64,000 nt of DNA from Sulfolobales archaeon (GTDB lineage: Archaea > Thermoproteota > Thermoprotei_A > Sulfolobales > AG1), in contig JAWBYA010000005.1 in the NCBI GenBank assembly GCA_038867615.1, forward strand, positions 1 through 64,000. The letters are read 5' to 3'. This document shows, in pieces, positions 50,759-60,729 of the stretch. Numbering within the stretch: position 1 is the stretch's first letter; every line of letters starts with the position of its first letter. Both the position numbers and the translations under genes were made by a program. A model generated the notes under the pieces. That model was not told where the DNA came from and did not search any database. It worked only from the letters and a program-made list of their open reading frames with translations.

Positions 50759-52042
50759 TCAAATGCTATATAGCTCGGAACCCTGGATCACATGATCCGA
50801 GGCTCTTCTCGTCTTATACCAGTCAACCCTTCTCATAAAGATCGCTAGCACGGCTGCTACTGACATTAGGATCCAGTATAGGGGTATTGCGAGGGCGTGG
50901 ACAGCAAGATCGATCCCTCTCCTAGGGCCTTTATTGTTTGCAACGGCTAGCATTATAACAAGCAATGGTAGCAAGCCCTCTATGAATAATACTACAAGCA
51001 TGGATCCATAGGGGGCTAGTGTGATGGTGATACCATTATTAGCACTAGACCCGCTGTCATGGGTAGAGCCTCTGGCTATATAGGACATGGTCATCAGGAT
51101 CGTTATTACCGATAGGACCAGCGATGTCACAGCAACTATGGGTCCTAGATAGCCTATCGATGCTTTAAGCCTTCTCCTACCCCCATAGATCAGGATCCTG
51201 GCTAAACACTCAAGATGACCCCTATACCATCGTATCCTCTGCCTAATATGACTCGTAATATCTAGAGGTGCGGCCTCCTCTACATAGGAGTCTAGCAACC
51301 CGATCCTATATCCCTTCTCGAAAAGAATGAGGGAGAGGTAGGCATCCTCCGCGAGCTTCTCCGGAAAACCGCCAAGCCTCATCAAAACCTCCTTCTTTAT
51401 ATAGAGCCCCTCTCCGCTCAGGGGTACGTGGAAGCCAGCCTTTCTCAGAGCATTTATCACCAAGTCGAACCATATAACGGTATCTATATAGATCATCTTG
51501 CCCAGCACCCCCTCACCATATCTATAAACCCTAACACCCAGAGCATCGTAACCCCTACTGCTCATGAGCCTCACAGCCTCCTCAAGCTGGTTCTCATCAA
51601 AAGAATCATCGGCGTCATATACAGCTATTATGCTACCGGAAACCCTATCTATAACCTGGTTGAGAGCCCTAGCCTTAGAGCTCCTCCCACCCTTAACAAC
51701 ATAGATCCTAGCATCAACCCCCCTGCTTCTTAGAAACTCAAGGGCTTTTTCGGCACCCCTCAGGGTCTCTTGATCCTCTTCCTCTACTATGAGCCACACA
51801 TCATATAGATCCTTGGAGTATCTCTGCCTAGCAATGCTTGAAACAGTCCTCATAATAGATCCTGGTTTCTCCATGTATAGAGGGATAAGGATAGACACCC
51901 TATGCTGCACACTGTTTTTCTCACCACTAGTCCGGGATGGTTTCTCGTAAGAGCCACGCTCCCTGCTAGCGCTATATATAGCCACCCATATTAGGGCGCT
52001 GAAGCCTAGGTAAGTTGAGAGAAGCACCATTTCAAGTGACAT
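50759..52042 (-). CDS. Family 2 glycosyltransferase (processive, cellulose-synthase-like)
   Basis: KARALN, YDAD, LAED, QRIRW; flanking TM helices. Confidence 0.9.
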   Translation of the reverse strand: MSLEMVLLSTYLGFSALIWVAIYSASRERGSYEKPSRTSGEKNSVQHRVSILIPLYMEKPGSIMRTVSSIARQRYSKDLYDVWLIVEEEDQETLRGAEKALEFLRSRGVDARIYVVKGGRSSKARALNQVIDRVSGSIIAVYDADDSFDENQLEEAVRLMSSRGYDALGVRVYRYGEGVLGKMIYIDTVIWFDLVINALRKAGFHVPLSGEGLYIKKEVLMRLGGFPEKLAEDAYLSLILFEKGYRIGLLDSYVEEAAPLDITSHIRQRIRWYRGHLECLARILIYGGRRRLKASIGYLGPIVAVTSLVLSVITILMTMSYIARGSTHDSGSSANNGITITLAPYGSMLVVLFIEGLLPLLVIMLAVANNKGPRRGIDLAVHALAIPLYWILMSVAAVLAIFMRRVDWYKTRRASDHVIQGSELYSI

Positions 52043-52141
52043 GTATCATTACCAATGATGATTCGTGAGAGGAGATATATTTCATAAACCCAGGGCTGGG
52101 TAGCGAATAGTATAGATGCTGTTTATAAACCAGAGTAAGAT

Positions 52142-52435
52142 CTATAGGAGCTTCTCTATAGCTTCTTTGAGGTTCTGGGCGTAGGTTTTAGCCTCAATAA
52201 GGATCTCTATGAGCACGTCAACAGGATCTCTCGTCCCGTCTGTTATGATAACAACCCTTGGTTGCGATGTTTGGGGATGATCCACTATATATGCGGCATA
52301 GCTCACATATGGTTTCCTAATAGCCAGCTTGGATATTAGGTTAGGTATTCCATGCTGATCCCCCGTTAGTGTGAATATAAGCTCTCTATCGCTTCTCTTC
52401 TCAATCTTGATCCTCGGGATCAGGTCTATAGACAT
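52142..52435 (-). CDS. rpoL: DNA-directed RNA polymerase subunit L (Rpo11)
   Basis: GDQHGIPNLI, VSYAAYIVDHP, ITDG..DP. Confidence 0.85.
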   Translation of the reverse strand: MSIDLIPRIKIEKRSDRELIFTLTGDQHGIPNLISKLAIRKPYVSYAAYIVDHPQTSQPRVVIITDGTRDPVDVLIEILIEAKTYAQNLKEAIEKLL

Positions 52436-52496
52436 TGCCCCTTCCTATAAAGCTAGCGTAACCAGCTATATATTTATAAAGCAGACCCCGGATCCT

Positions 52497-53114
52497 TTAT
52501 CTAATGATCTGGAGCACTATTGATATAGCTATGAGGGCCACCGCTATATAGAGTATCCTTAACGATGGATCACCAATATAGATACTAACCTCCCTCGGGA
52601 TCTTCTTTACAGCCTGCCTCTGAACAACCTTCTGAGGCTCTTGATAGGATAGCTCGAGCTCCGAGTCCCTGTCAAGGAAAACCTGTTTCTGAACAGCAAT
52701 ACTCCCCTCTATAGATAGCCTCACAATATACTCCCCCTCGGCTAGGTTGAAAGCGATCTCCTTGGGATTAACCCTCTCCTTCTCGGAGTAGTTGCTACCT
52801 ACCACCTCTACTACGGCATCTTTAGGGATATTCTTACCCTTCACCTTGACAGAAAGCCTATAGATCCTAGGCTCTCTGAGCCATCTCGGTTCAACTAGAT
52901 CGTGGCCCAGAACCCTCTTTCCATAGCTGTTTATCTCATCAACAAGATCCCTATAGATCTTATAGATCTTCATCTTGGTCTCGTAAGGAGCGCCAGATCT
53001 TAGAACTATAACGTTATAGCTACCCTTAAGCATTTCAAAGGACTCTACCACCACCTCCTCGCTACACATACCGTCAGAAGATCCGCAGGATCTCCACATA
53101 CTATCCCTCAGCAT
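52497..53114 (-). CDS. Hypothetical protein with C-terminal TM anchor
   Basis: Beta-sandwich-like middle (LAEGEYIVRL), terminal TM. Confidence 0.65.
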   Translation of the reverse strand: MLRDSMWRSCGSSDGMCSEEVVVESFEMLKGSYNVIVLRSGAPYETKMKIYKIYRDLVDEINSYGKRVLGHDLVEPRWLREPRIYRLSVKVKGKNIPKDAVVEVVGSNYSEKERVNPKEIAFNLAEGEYIVRLSIEGSIAVQKQVFLDRDSELELSYQEPQKVVQRQAVKKIPREVSIYIGDPSLRILYIAVALIAISIVLQIIR

Positions 53115-53498
53115 AGCCAGCGTGTTAGCAACATCCCTCTCATAGTTATCGCTAGGATCTAGAATGCTTATATATTTATTAATAATCCTGGATATTATGT
53201 AGTGAAGATCAACCTTCCTGCTTATACCGGCAACCCCAAAATAATATGGGATAGAAATTCTTTTATATTAATAGCACCGCAAGGCATAACCAATATAGAA
53301 AGATCCCGTGTTCTTTACCCCGATCCCCCAGCACAGAGATCCTTTCAATTTTTAGCTCTAAGTTGACCTGGGCTAGGTTTATGAACCGTACTTGCTCTCT
53401 CTTCTAATCTAACCAATGTATCTTGCCAGGATACTCGCGGGGGTGTGTAACTGATAGAAGATCTTTAAAGGCACGCTATATCACATTGCATGATAAAA

Positions 53499-53513
53499 CA
53501 GAGAAGTTTATAA
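53499..53513 (+). promoter_or_regulatory. BRE/TATA promoter of the nuclease-helicase operon
   Basis: AGAGAAGTTTATAAG ~27-33 nt upstream of ATG 53540. Confidence 0.55.
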
Positions 53514-53539
53514 GCTTGCTAGCGTCATAAATCGATAGT

Positions 53540-56500
53540 ATGAAGAATCTTACAAGCTTTTTAGGTCTCATATTTGAAGGAGCCTTTAAGATCGGTTTTA
53601 TGGAGAACAAGCTCCCGAAGGACGAGTATGAGAGGTTTGAGAAGGGCGTTTTCGAGTATATAAAGAGCAGGGCAGGTGATCGTGACCTTGAAGAGATCCT
53701 TAAAGACATAGAGGAAAGCTTTCGGTATTCCATGTATAGAGAGCCTCCGAAGAATCTTAGCGAGCTAAGCAGGCTTTTGAAGCAAAGATATCAGGAAGAG
53801 CAGACTAACGGTACTATAAAGAGAGAGTGGAAAGAGATCTATACCAAACTTATCTTCCTCATAGGATATTGGGGAGGTCTTTTCTATGGCAGGAAGTTCA
53901 AAGACGCAGAGGTGAAGAAATACCATATGGGGGAAGAGTCGGGTTCTGATATAATATGGGGTAATGCTGATCTCGTTTTCATAGAAAAGAATACTCTCCA
54001 CGTGGTGGATTTCAAGCTGGCTGGAGCGATCAGTTCTCTAAGAAGAATGCTCTTGGAAAGAGAAACAGTAATCCCTGTACCGACCTATGGTATCCCAGTA
54101 AACCTATCACTCGGAGAACTGGAGTTCTCGGGGTTTGTTGAAAAACTCCTCTTAGTAGAAGAAAGGCTTAGAGAGACCGAGGATGTATTTATAGAGACAA
54201 AAGGGCTCTTACAAACAACATGCTATGCTGTGGATTTCCTCTGCTCCGAGGAGAGAGATATAGAGGAAGTGAGCCTAGAGCTCTTATACCCAGTCTCCGA
54301 GCCGCTTAACCTGCGGTTTTCCGTAGGCGATAGAGGGAAGCTTAAAGACTATCTAGCGAGGATAAAGGATCTATATAGAGATATAAGGGAGAAAGAAAGT
54401 CTCTACGACAGGATCAGCTACGCAAGCTTATATAGAAAGGATAGGCTGAGAGCCGATATTGAGCGGATTGTGAAGGAAATGAGGAAAAGAGAATCAGAGA
54501 GGATCTCTATAAAAGCGGGCGATATAGCACAGGTTAGAGCTGACGTGAAGAAAAGACTCGAGGACTTTGTGAAGAGGGAGGATGATTGCAAGGCTATAGC
54601 CCTGCTCCACTCCGCGGGAAGTGGAAAGACGAGGAGCGCGAGGGAACTGATCCTCGACTTAGGCGGAAAGCATATAGTTCTTTACATGACAACACGCCTA
54701 CGCATCCTGGAGAGAGAATATAGGGTGTTAGAAAAACATTCTGAAGAGACCGAAAAGAGAATAGCGATCGTATACAAGAGAAGAGTAGGCAAAAGCGGGG
54801 GGTTCGTAAAGCACAAGGGCAAGGCTTACGAAGAGGTGGGAGGCAAGCAAGAAGGCATACTTCTATCCACAGTGAAAGAGATAGTAAGGCTTGCCCAAGA
54901 GGGTGAATACGATCAAATATGGGCCTTTACAACCATACAAGCAGTGGTTGAAACAGCCTTTGGCAAAACTTCAAACCACCTTGAAGAGCTCATGAGACCC
55001 ACCATTAAGGAAAGATACAACATCCATATAATCCTCGACGAGTTCCTCGGCTATAAAAACGGCCTCTACGCTGTAATAGAGATGTTAGATTTCGCCAGAA
55101 GATTCAAAGAAGGCGGTGGACGGATAAGCCTTTATCTTTTCGATGCCAACGGCTACTCCCCAGTTATTATGAAGAGACTGCTTGATGAGTACGAGAAATT
55201 CGGAGTATTACCAGAGGCCGTAGTGCTGGGTGAATACCAAGAGGAGCTGAAAACCGTCTACAAAGACATCCCCCTCGAAATATTCGCTAAACATGGCTAT
55301 CCGTCTGGACAGCTCTATCTATATAAGAAGTTCCTGAGGATCTCTAAAGAGAAGGAAAAACCAGAGAAGCTCGCCCAATATATACTAGATACTTTTAAAG
55401 ATAAGAAAAGCACCGCGTTTGCTTTTATACAGGATAAGGAGCTCATAGCAGAGCTATCCCAGATCCTTACAAAGCATAATTTATCCACATTGATAGCAAC
55501 AGCAAGTTCGGAGAAAAGCCAGAAGCAGATAAACGAAGGAGAAGAAGATGTGATACTAGGAACATCGTCTATCTCGAGAGGACTTGATTTTAGCAGGAGC
55601 CACAAGCCGGTGGACTATATATATGTGTTTATCCAGAGCTGGGGAATAGAGGGCAACCTGGTAGAGATACTACAATCCATATCGAGGGCTAGGGGGGATG
55701 AGGAGACCGAGAAGAGGGCAAAGCACGTGCATCTAGTCTATCTCATAAGCGATGAACACACAGACTATAGAGTGGATAACATACTGGCCACGTTAGAGAA
55801 TCCAGATAAGGATATCGTGAGACTTGTATACGAGAAAGAACATCTAGAGAGCTTTCTAGATCTCGACGATATTGTGACCAGGATAATAGAGCAGTTCGTC
55901 TCAAAACCTTCTGACAAGGTTCTCGTACCTATCTCGACACAGCATAGGAGTATATATAGGCCTAACAAGATCTCTGACTTTGAGGGTGTAATGACCTTCC
56001 TTGAAGATGTATATGCTATGGAGAAGAATGATAGAGATATATATAGACTTTTAGAAGAGCTAGGAGGCTCTATCTACACCTACTCCACACTACCCGAGCT
56101 GGGAAGACTCAATAGATTTGACTATTACCACCCCTATATACTTATCGACGAGCACCCAATATACATGGCTATGGTTGAAAAGGAAAAGAGACATGAGATA
56201 AAAAAACTCTTGAGGAAAGTAAGCAATACGCTCAAAAAACATAATAGAGAAAGAACGGAGAACGTGGAGAAGTTCATAGAAGATCTAATAACCCCCGAAG
56301 AGAGTAAAGCCCCTGTACTCATCCCCATATACTCTCTCGTCCTGGTAAAAAACTGGCTAGGACGAGATGAGGGAATAAGTTTCAAGATAAGGAAGAAAGT
56401 TGGAAGGGGACATGCAGAAGTCCTGGGAGGCCATTTAGAGCCGAGAACCCGGTGCTTTGTCGGTGACCGTATAGAGTACGCCTGCATACCCCTGGAAGAG

Positions 56501-56581
56501 GACTACCCATATAGAGAGATCCTTAGCGGGAGGTTCGCCAAATTCCCCGTAAGATTTATAAAGAGCCTCCTGGAGGCGTAG
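53540..56581 (+). CDS. PD-(D/E)xK nuclease fused to a superfamily 2 helicase
   Basis: GNADLVF..VVDFK and QTTCYA (RecB-like); HSAGSGKT (I), YMTTRLRI (Ia), TTIQ (Ib), ILDEF (II), FIQDK (IV), GTSSISRGLDF (V), QSISRARG (VI). Confidence 0.85.
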   Translation: MKNLTSFLGLIFEGAFKIGFMENKLPKDEYERFEKGVFEYIKSRAGDRDLEEILKDIEESFRYSMYREPPKNLSELSRLLKQRYQEEQTNGTIKREWKEIYTKLIFLIGYWGGLFYGRKFKDAEVKKYHMGEESGSDIIWGNADLVFIEKNTLHVVDFKLAGAISSLRRMLLERETVIPVPTYGIPVNLSLGELEFSGFVEKLLLVEERLRETEDVFIETKGLLQTTCYAVDFLCSEERDIEEVSLELLYPVSEPLNLRFSVGDRGKLKDYLARIKDLYRDIREKESLYDRISYASLYRKDRLRADIERIVKEMRKRESERISIKAGDIAQVRADVKKRLEDFVKREDDCKAIALLHSAGSGKTRSARELILDLGGKHIVLYMTTRLRILEREYRVLEKHSEETEKRIAIVYKRRVGKSGGFVKHKGKAYEEVGGKQEGILLSTVKEIVRLAQEGEYDQIWAFTTIQAVVETAFGKTSNHLEELMRPTIKERYNIHIILDEFLGYKNGLYAVIEMLDFARRFKEGGGRISLYLFDANGYSPVIMKRLLDEYEKFGVLPEAVVLGEYQEELKTVYKDIPLEIFAKHGYPSGQLYLYKKFLRISKEKEKPEKLAQYILDTFKDKKSTAFAFIQDKELIAELSQILTKHNLSTLIATASSEKSQKQINEGEEDVILGTSSISRGLDFSRSHKPVDYIYVFIQSWGIEGNLVEILQSISRARGDEETEKRAKHVHLVYLISDEHTDYRVDNILATLENPDKDIVRLVYEKEHLESFLDLDDIVTRIIEQFVSKPSDKVLVPISTQHRSIYRPNKISDFEGVMTFLEDVYAMEKNDRDIYRLLEELGGSIYTYSTLPELGRLNRFDYYHPYILIDEHPIYMAMVEKEKRHEIKKLLRKVSNTLKKHNRERTENVEKFIEDLITPEESKAPVLIPIYSLVLVKNWLGRDEGISFKIRKKVGRGHAEVLGGHLEPRTRCFVGDRIEYACIPLEEDYPYREILSGRFAKFPVRFIKSLLEA

Positions 56582-56584
56582 AAC

Positions 56585-58930
56585 ATGTACGAAAGCAGGT
56601 TCGTAGAGAAGGATGAGAGGCTCGATCTGTTCGCAAGAGGGGAGCATGTGGGAAGTGACTTTATCTATGCTGGTATGTTCCACAACTACCAGGACGGATT
56701 CCTACAGAGCCTTGCTAACTATTTCTATAGACTCCTGAAGGGAGAAGATCCCGATAGGGTAGGAAACGAGCTGAGAGAATTCCTCTCAAATAGCAGAAAA
56801 GCTATTGGCGGGAATGCCATATACCGTAAAAAAGAAGTCTTAGAGCTAGGAGGCCCTTTCTCTATCTATAAAGGCGATAGAGAAGCAGGTTTCCCGAGAT
56901 ATAAAGAGAACTCGAGCTTCAAGATCTTCGAGCTTAAGGTAGGCACACCATCCGATATGGATAAAAAATCCGGGCTCGTGTTTCTAAAGATAAAGGGCTA
57001 TGAAGATAAGAAGCTCGACCAGAAGGTAGTGTTATCTGCAAGAAGAGACCTTCTAGACGAATGGATCCGCCTCACAGATGATAATAATGTGAGGAGCTAC
57101 CTAGAAGAGGTCAGGGAGGTATATAAGATCCTAGAGGGGTTCCCACTACGAAGAAACGAGCCTCTATCGAAACTTGCTTTTTACCTCTTCCCAATAGAGC
57201 TAAGCAGTTTTGAAAACATCACTATTGTCTCAAAGGTAAGCCTCTATAAGAGGAGGATAGAAACTAGGACAGGTCTATGGGAGGATATAATGAAAAACCT
57301 GAGTAAAGAAGATAGAAAAGATCTCGAATTCTCGCTGGAAAAGCATGGAAAAACACTGGATCATCTGAAACGCCTTCTAGATGAAGCACTATTACCGAAA
57401 AATCTCGACCTTCTTCGCAAAGACTGGAAAAAAGTTATAAAGAAATTCCTGAGAGGCGAAAGTAACAAGATCGAAGCGGTGTTCGTAGGCAAAGCTCCCC
57501 AGGAGGATAAGCACCCTCAACTCTCCTTTGGAAGATATAGAGTCCCTAGCGCTGATCTAGAGCTCTCAGTGTTTGTTGAGAAGGATTTCCAGATGGGGAG
57601 TTATGATAGTGATGGTATAGCGAAGATGCTGAGCACCGCTTTCTCAGGCTTCAAGTTCCTTGGAAATGTGAGGGTGAGGATAAACACAGAGAAAATAAAT
57701 AACCTAGAGTCGTTATTCGGCGGCGAGGATCTCTTTAGGCTTATAAGAGGAGATCACGCGCCAAAGAATATTAATAGGCTAGAGAATACCGACTCTATTA
57801 ACCTCATACATTCCCTTTGTTACTTCTCAACAAAGATCCTTAGCCTGGCGGGGAAGATAAAAGAGGAAGAACATAGGGGGAGATTCCATGGAGCACTCTT
57901 GATCCTCAATACCGAGTTGAAAGAGGAAGAGAGATATCTTCTCTGGGATGCTGTGAGGCTAATATATAGCTACTTTGGAGTCCCGATCCAGACCGTGACA
58001 AAAAGATCTCTTAGAGCTATGCTAGATAACGAAAAACGTAACGCTGTGATCAAGAATCTCCTTATAAGCCTCTACAAAGACACCAAAACCCTGGAGATCC
58101 ATTTTAGCAACCTCAGACTCCCGAAAGACGTCGTGGTCTATGCAGTTATAGAGAAACCGTCTTCCAGCTTTTTCTACCGGAAAGGCGAGAAAAGCGATAG
58201 AGCAAGACACTATCTCTATGAGATCTATAGGATAGAGATAAAGGATAAATACGCGACAGTGGAACTCGAGAAAAAAATCTTCGAACTATGGGGGGCAGAA
58301 TACTCTGAAATAGAGATGTGGCTGAAGCGCAATATGGAGCACAAGAACACCAGGTTCTGCTTAATAACAGCCTTGAGAGACTCTAGGCTTTGCAAACTAT
58401 ACGATGAGTTGGTGAACGCGGAATCCAAGGATAGGTTTTTAGTGATAAGATATGATGAGCTAAAAACAGCATATTTCTCTGAAAAGACTGAGAAGGATTG
58501 CTATATCATATACACAGAGGAGTTGGAGAAGCTTATAGAGAGACTGGGGATAAAGCTACAAGGTAGTGAAAGAAAAGCAGTCCTGGCCATAAAGCCCGCC
58601 CATATAAAGGCTATAGAAGACGTGGATGAGGAGCTATACCACCCATCCCTCCAGCTCTTTTTCACCGAAAGAATAGGCTGGGAGAGAGACGAGACATACT
58701 CGGAGAGAAAGGATCTCTTTATCTTTACAGTGCTCGCCCTCTCTATGTTTGAGAGCGAATCTTTCCAAACACCATATAGCAAGCTCGACATATGGGAAAA
58801 GACAAGGGACATCCATCTAGCTATACAGAGAGATCATAAAGAGTATATCTTCGCCCTAATACCAACGCTATACGAGATGATAAACTTCATAAAAGATATG
58901 CCAAGACCCCCGACAGAGCCGAGAAGCTAG
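56585..58930 (+). CDS. Divergent Argonaute/PIWI-like protein, probably catalytically inactive
   Basis: 781 aa; MID-like signature YLLWDAVRLIYSYFGVPIQTV...IKNLLISLYK followed by RNase H-like beta strands without the G-x-D catalytic aspartate; 3 nt after the helicase stop. Confidence 0.6.
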   Translation: MYESRFVEKDERLDLFARGEHVGSDFIYAGMFHNYQDGFLQSLANYFYRLLKGEDPDRVGNELREFLSNSRKAIGGNAIYRKKEVLELGGPFSIYKGDREAGFPRYKENSSFKIFELKVGTPSDMDKKSGLVFLKIKGYEDKKLDQKVVLSARRDLLDEWIRLTDDNNVRSYLEEVREVYKILEGFPLRRNEPLSKLAFYLFPIELSSFENITIVSKVSLYKRRIETRTGLWEDIMKNLSKEDRKDLEFSLEKHGKTLDHLKRLLDEALLPKNLDLLRKDWKKVIKKFLRGESNKIEAVFVGKAPQEDKHPQLSFGRYRVPSADLELSVFVEKDFQMGSYDSDGIAKMLSTAFSGFKFLGNVRVRINTEKINNLESLFGGEDLFRLIRGDHAPKNINRLENTDSINLIHSLCYFSTKILSLAGKIKEEEHRGRFHGALLILNTELKEEERYLLWDAVRLIYSYFGVPIQTVTKRSLRAMLDNEKRNAVIKNLLISLYKDTKTLEIHFSNLRLPKDVVVYAVIEKPSSSFFYRKGEKSDRARHYLYEIYRIEIKDKYATVELEKKIFELWGAEYSEIEMWLKRNMEHKNTRFCLITALRDSRLCKLYDELVNAESKDRFLVIRYDELKTAYFSEKTEKDCYIIYTEELEKLIERLGIKLQGSERKAVLAIKPAHIKAIEDVDEELYHPSLQLFFTERIGWERDETYSERKDLFIFTVLALSMFESESFQTPYSKLDIWEKTRDIHLAIQRDHKEYIFALIPTLYEMINFIKDMPRPPTEPRS

Positions 58931-59149
58931 ATCATGAGGCGTGAACGGAATCAACCAACACTAGCGGGAACATGAACCTGTCTAACATATCCTATCCTAG
59001 TTCTAGCATATTGTGAGACTTCTAAGCACTCACAACGGTTATACGCTTATGTCTCGCCCGTTCCAGCGATCTATAGCCCATACAGCCCCCATATAGACCC
59101 ATGGAGAAATAGTCTAGAGCAACATAGGATGCCACGCTACATTGCTCTC

Positions 59150-60589
59150 CTAACCCTCCTTGGGCTTGGCGGAGATGTCGATAAGTCCTCCTACGATATC
59201 TGCACCGATTCTCAGTGTTCCTTTAGGGCTCTTCACCCTGGCTAGAGCTTCATCTATATCGATCCTAGCAAGCCCTCCTGTTCTTGAGATACTGCTCTCA
59301 ACCTTGATCGTTTTAGGAACTCTTGCCTTCAGATCCAGTATTCCTCCGGAGACATCGAGGTCTATCGATGATTCTCCCTCGAACTCGCCGTATGATAGAT
59401 CGAGCACTATTCTGCCACCACTGATCTCTAGCTCAACGCTAGATGCCCTCATATCTGTCGATGATATATTGGCAACCGAGCCCGTGAGATGACATGCCAT
59501 TCTCTTAACCCCGCTGAGGCTTATATCGATATACCCTCCACTCGCATCTAGATCCAGTGCTTCCAACCCGGTCTTAGGGGCTTCTATGACTGCCTCGCAT
59601 CCCGAGAGATCTATGCTTAGCTCTCCATCATCTAGATCTAGATCGTATTCGCACTTACTCCTCCACCCACCCCTCTCGTATATAGTCACCGCGGCATCGC
59701 TTCTATCGCTCGGGCTAATCCTAGCTATGCCCCCGCTCATATCTATCGATATGCTTTTAACGTTGGGGAAAGACTCTTTCAGGAGTAGAGCGCCCCGCTG
59801 CCCGAGATCCTTATCCTCAATAGATCTTAGTATCGGTGCTAGGCTCTTCATAACGTTGGAGACAGCGTTAGAGACTATGCTGGAGATAAATGCGCCTAGA
59901 GAGCCTAGAAAGGGGCTTAGTATAGCAGCATGCCCCCCACCCTCCTTTCTATCCTTGCTAGTGATCCAGAACACATCTCTACTCTTAAGCTGGGCTATCG
60001 GCAAGATCTTATCGGGTACTCTTAACGTGAACACGTCTCTTATACTCTCCACAACCTCGTCAAACAACTCTGGCTCAACATCATCGCCTACTTTAACCTC
60101 GAATACATCGGTTATGATTAGCCTCCTCCCCTGAACCCTGATCCTCTCAAGCATCTCTCTATTCACGGTGAGCGAGAACATATCGCTTATAATCACAGGT
60201 GTACCAGGCGTACCAGGTGTAACCCGATCCCGGGGCTCGGCAGGCTTAGCCACGCCCGGGGTTTCAACTATCCTTTCAGAAGACCTCTTCTCCTCATCCC
60301 GCTTTATACTCTGCTTACCAGCACCTTTTATAATACTATAGGCCCTCCATCCAAGCTCTGTTAGCTCGTAAACACCTTTCTCGTTCTTCCTTATAAAACC
60401 AGCCATTCTTCTTAGATGAAACGTCATTGTACCAGTATCGCTCACCCCAGCATCATCCATAAGCTCTGTAAAGCTCCTGGGACCCTTCTCAGCTATGCTC
60501 TCAATTATCTTCCTCCTAATCCTGTGACTCGCTACCAGAAAGATCCTATCGATATCCTCATCTCCACTATACTCCTCCTCACCCACCAC
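59150..60589 (-). CDS. ArsR-family HTH regulator fused to a DUF4097/adhesin-like beta-helix repeat domain
   Basis: SHRIRRKII, SFTELM, GTMTFHLRRM, YELTELG; repeated xDxSGG motifs at the C-terminus. Confidence 0.8.
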   Translation of the reverse strand: MVGEEEYSGDEDIDRIFLVASHRIRRKIIESIAEKGPRSFTELMDDAGVSDTGTMTFHLRRMAGFIRKNEKGVYELTELGWRAYSIIKGAGKQSIKRDEEKRSSERIVETPGVAKPAEPRDRVTPGTPGTPVIISDMFSLTVNREMLERIRVQGRRLIITDVFEVKVGDDVEPELFDEVVESIRDVFTLRVPDKILPIAQLKSRDVFWITSKDRKEGGGHAAILSPFLGSLGAFISSIVSNAVSNVMKSLAPILRSIEDKDLGQRGALLLKESFPNVKSISIDMSGGIARISPSDRSDAAVTIYERGGWRSKCEYDLDLDDGELSIDLSGCEAVIEAPKTGLEALDLDASGGYIDISLSGVKRMACHLTGSVANISSTDMRASSVELEISGGRIVLDLSYGEFEGESSIDLDVSGGILDLKARVPKTIKVESSISRTGGLARIDIDEALARVKSPKGTLRIGADIVGGLIDISAKPKEG

Positions 60590-60602
60590 GATCCCCTAAT
60601 CA

Positions 60603-60705
60603 TCATGAGCGACTCGTCATGAATATACCTTTTGACGAGACCCCTCATCAAAAATCCCGGAGAGTTTGACGAGACCACCCAACCTATGGGTTTATAGGTG
60701 ACGAG
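60603..60705. promoter_or_regulatory. Divergent promoter with repeated operator half-sites
   Basis: Palindrome TTTTGACGAG-ACCC-CTCATCAAAA (60630-60653); further TGACGAG half-sites at 60613 (rc), 60667 and 60699; TTTATA at 60691. Confidence 0.65.
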
Positions 60706-60729
60706 CCTCTCCACACAACAACGGGGGCT

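Noticed and set aside
53540-56581. Interpretation as Cas3/Cas4 or type I/III restriction subunit
   Set aside because: No HD domain, no Cas4 Fe-S cysteine set, no cas genes or array, and no methyltransferase motifs in the partner gene
53120-59150. att sites or direct repeats bounding the defence islet
   Set aside because: No convincing direct repeat, integrase or tRNA target found by eye
60196-60222. 9-bp tandem repeat (TPG x3) in the ArsR gene
   Set aside because: Trivial in-frame linker repeat
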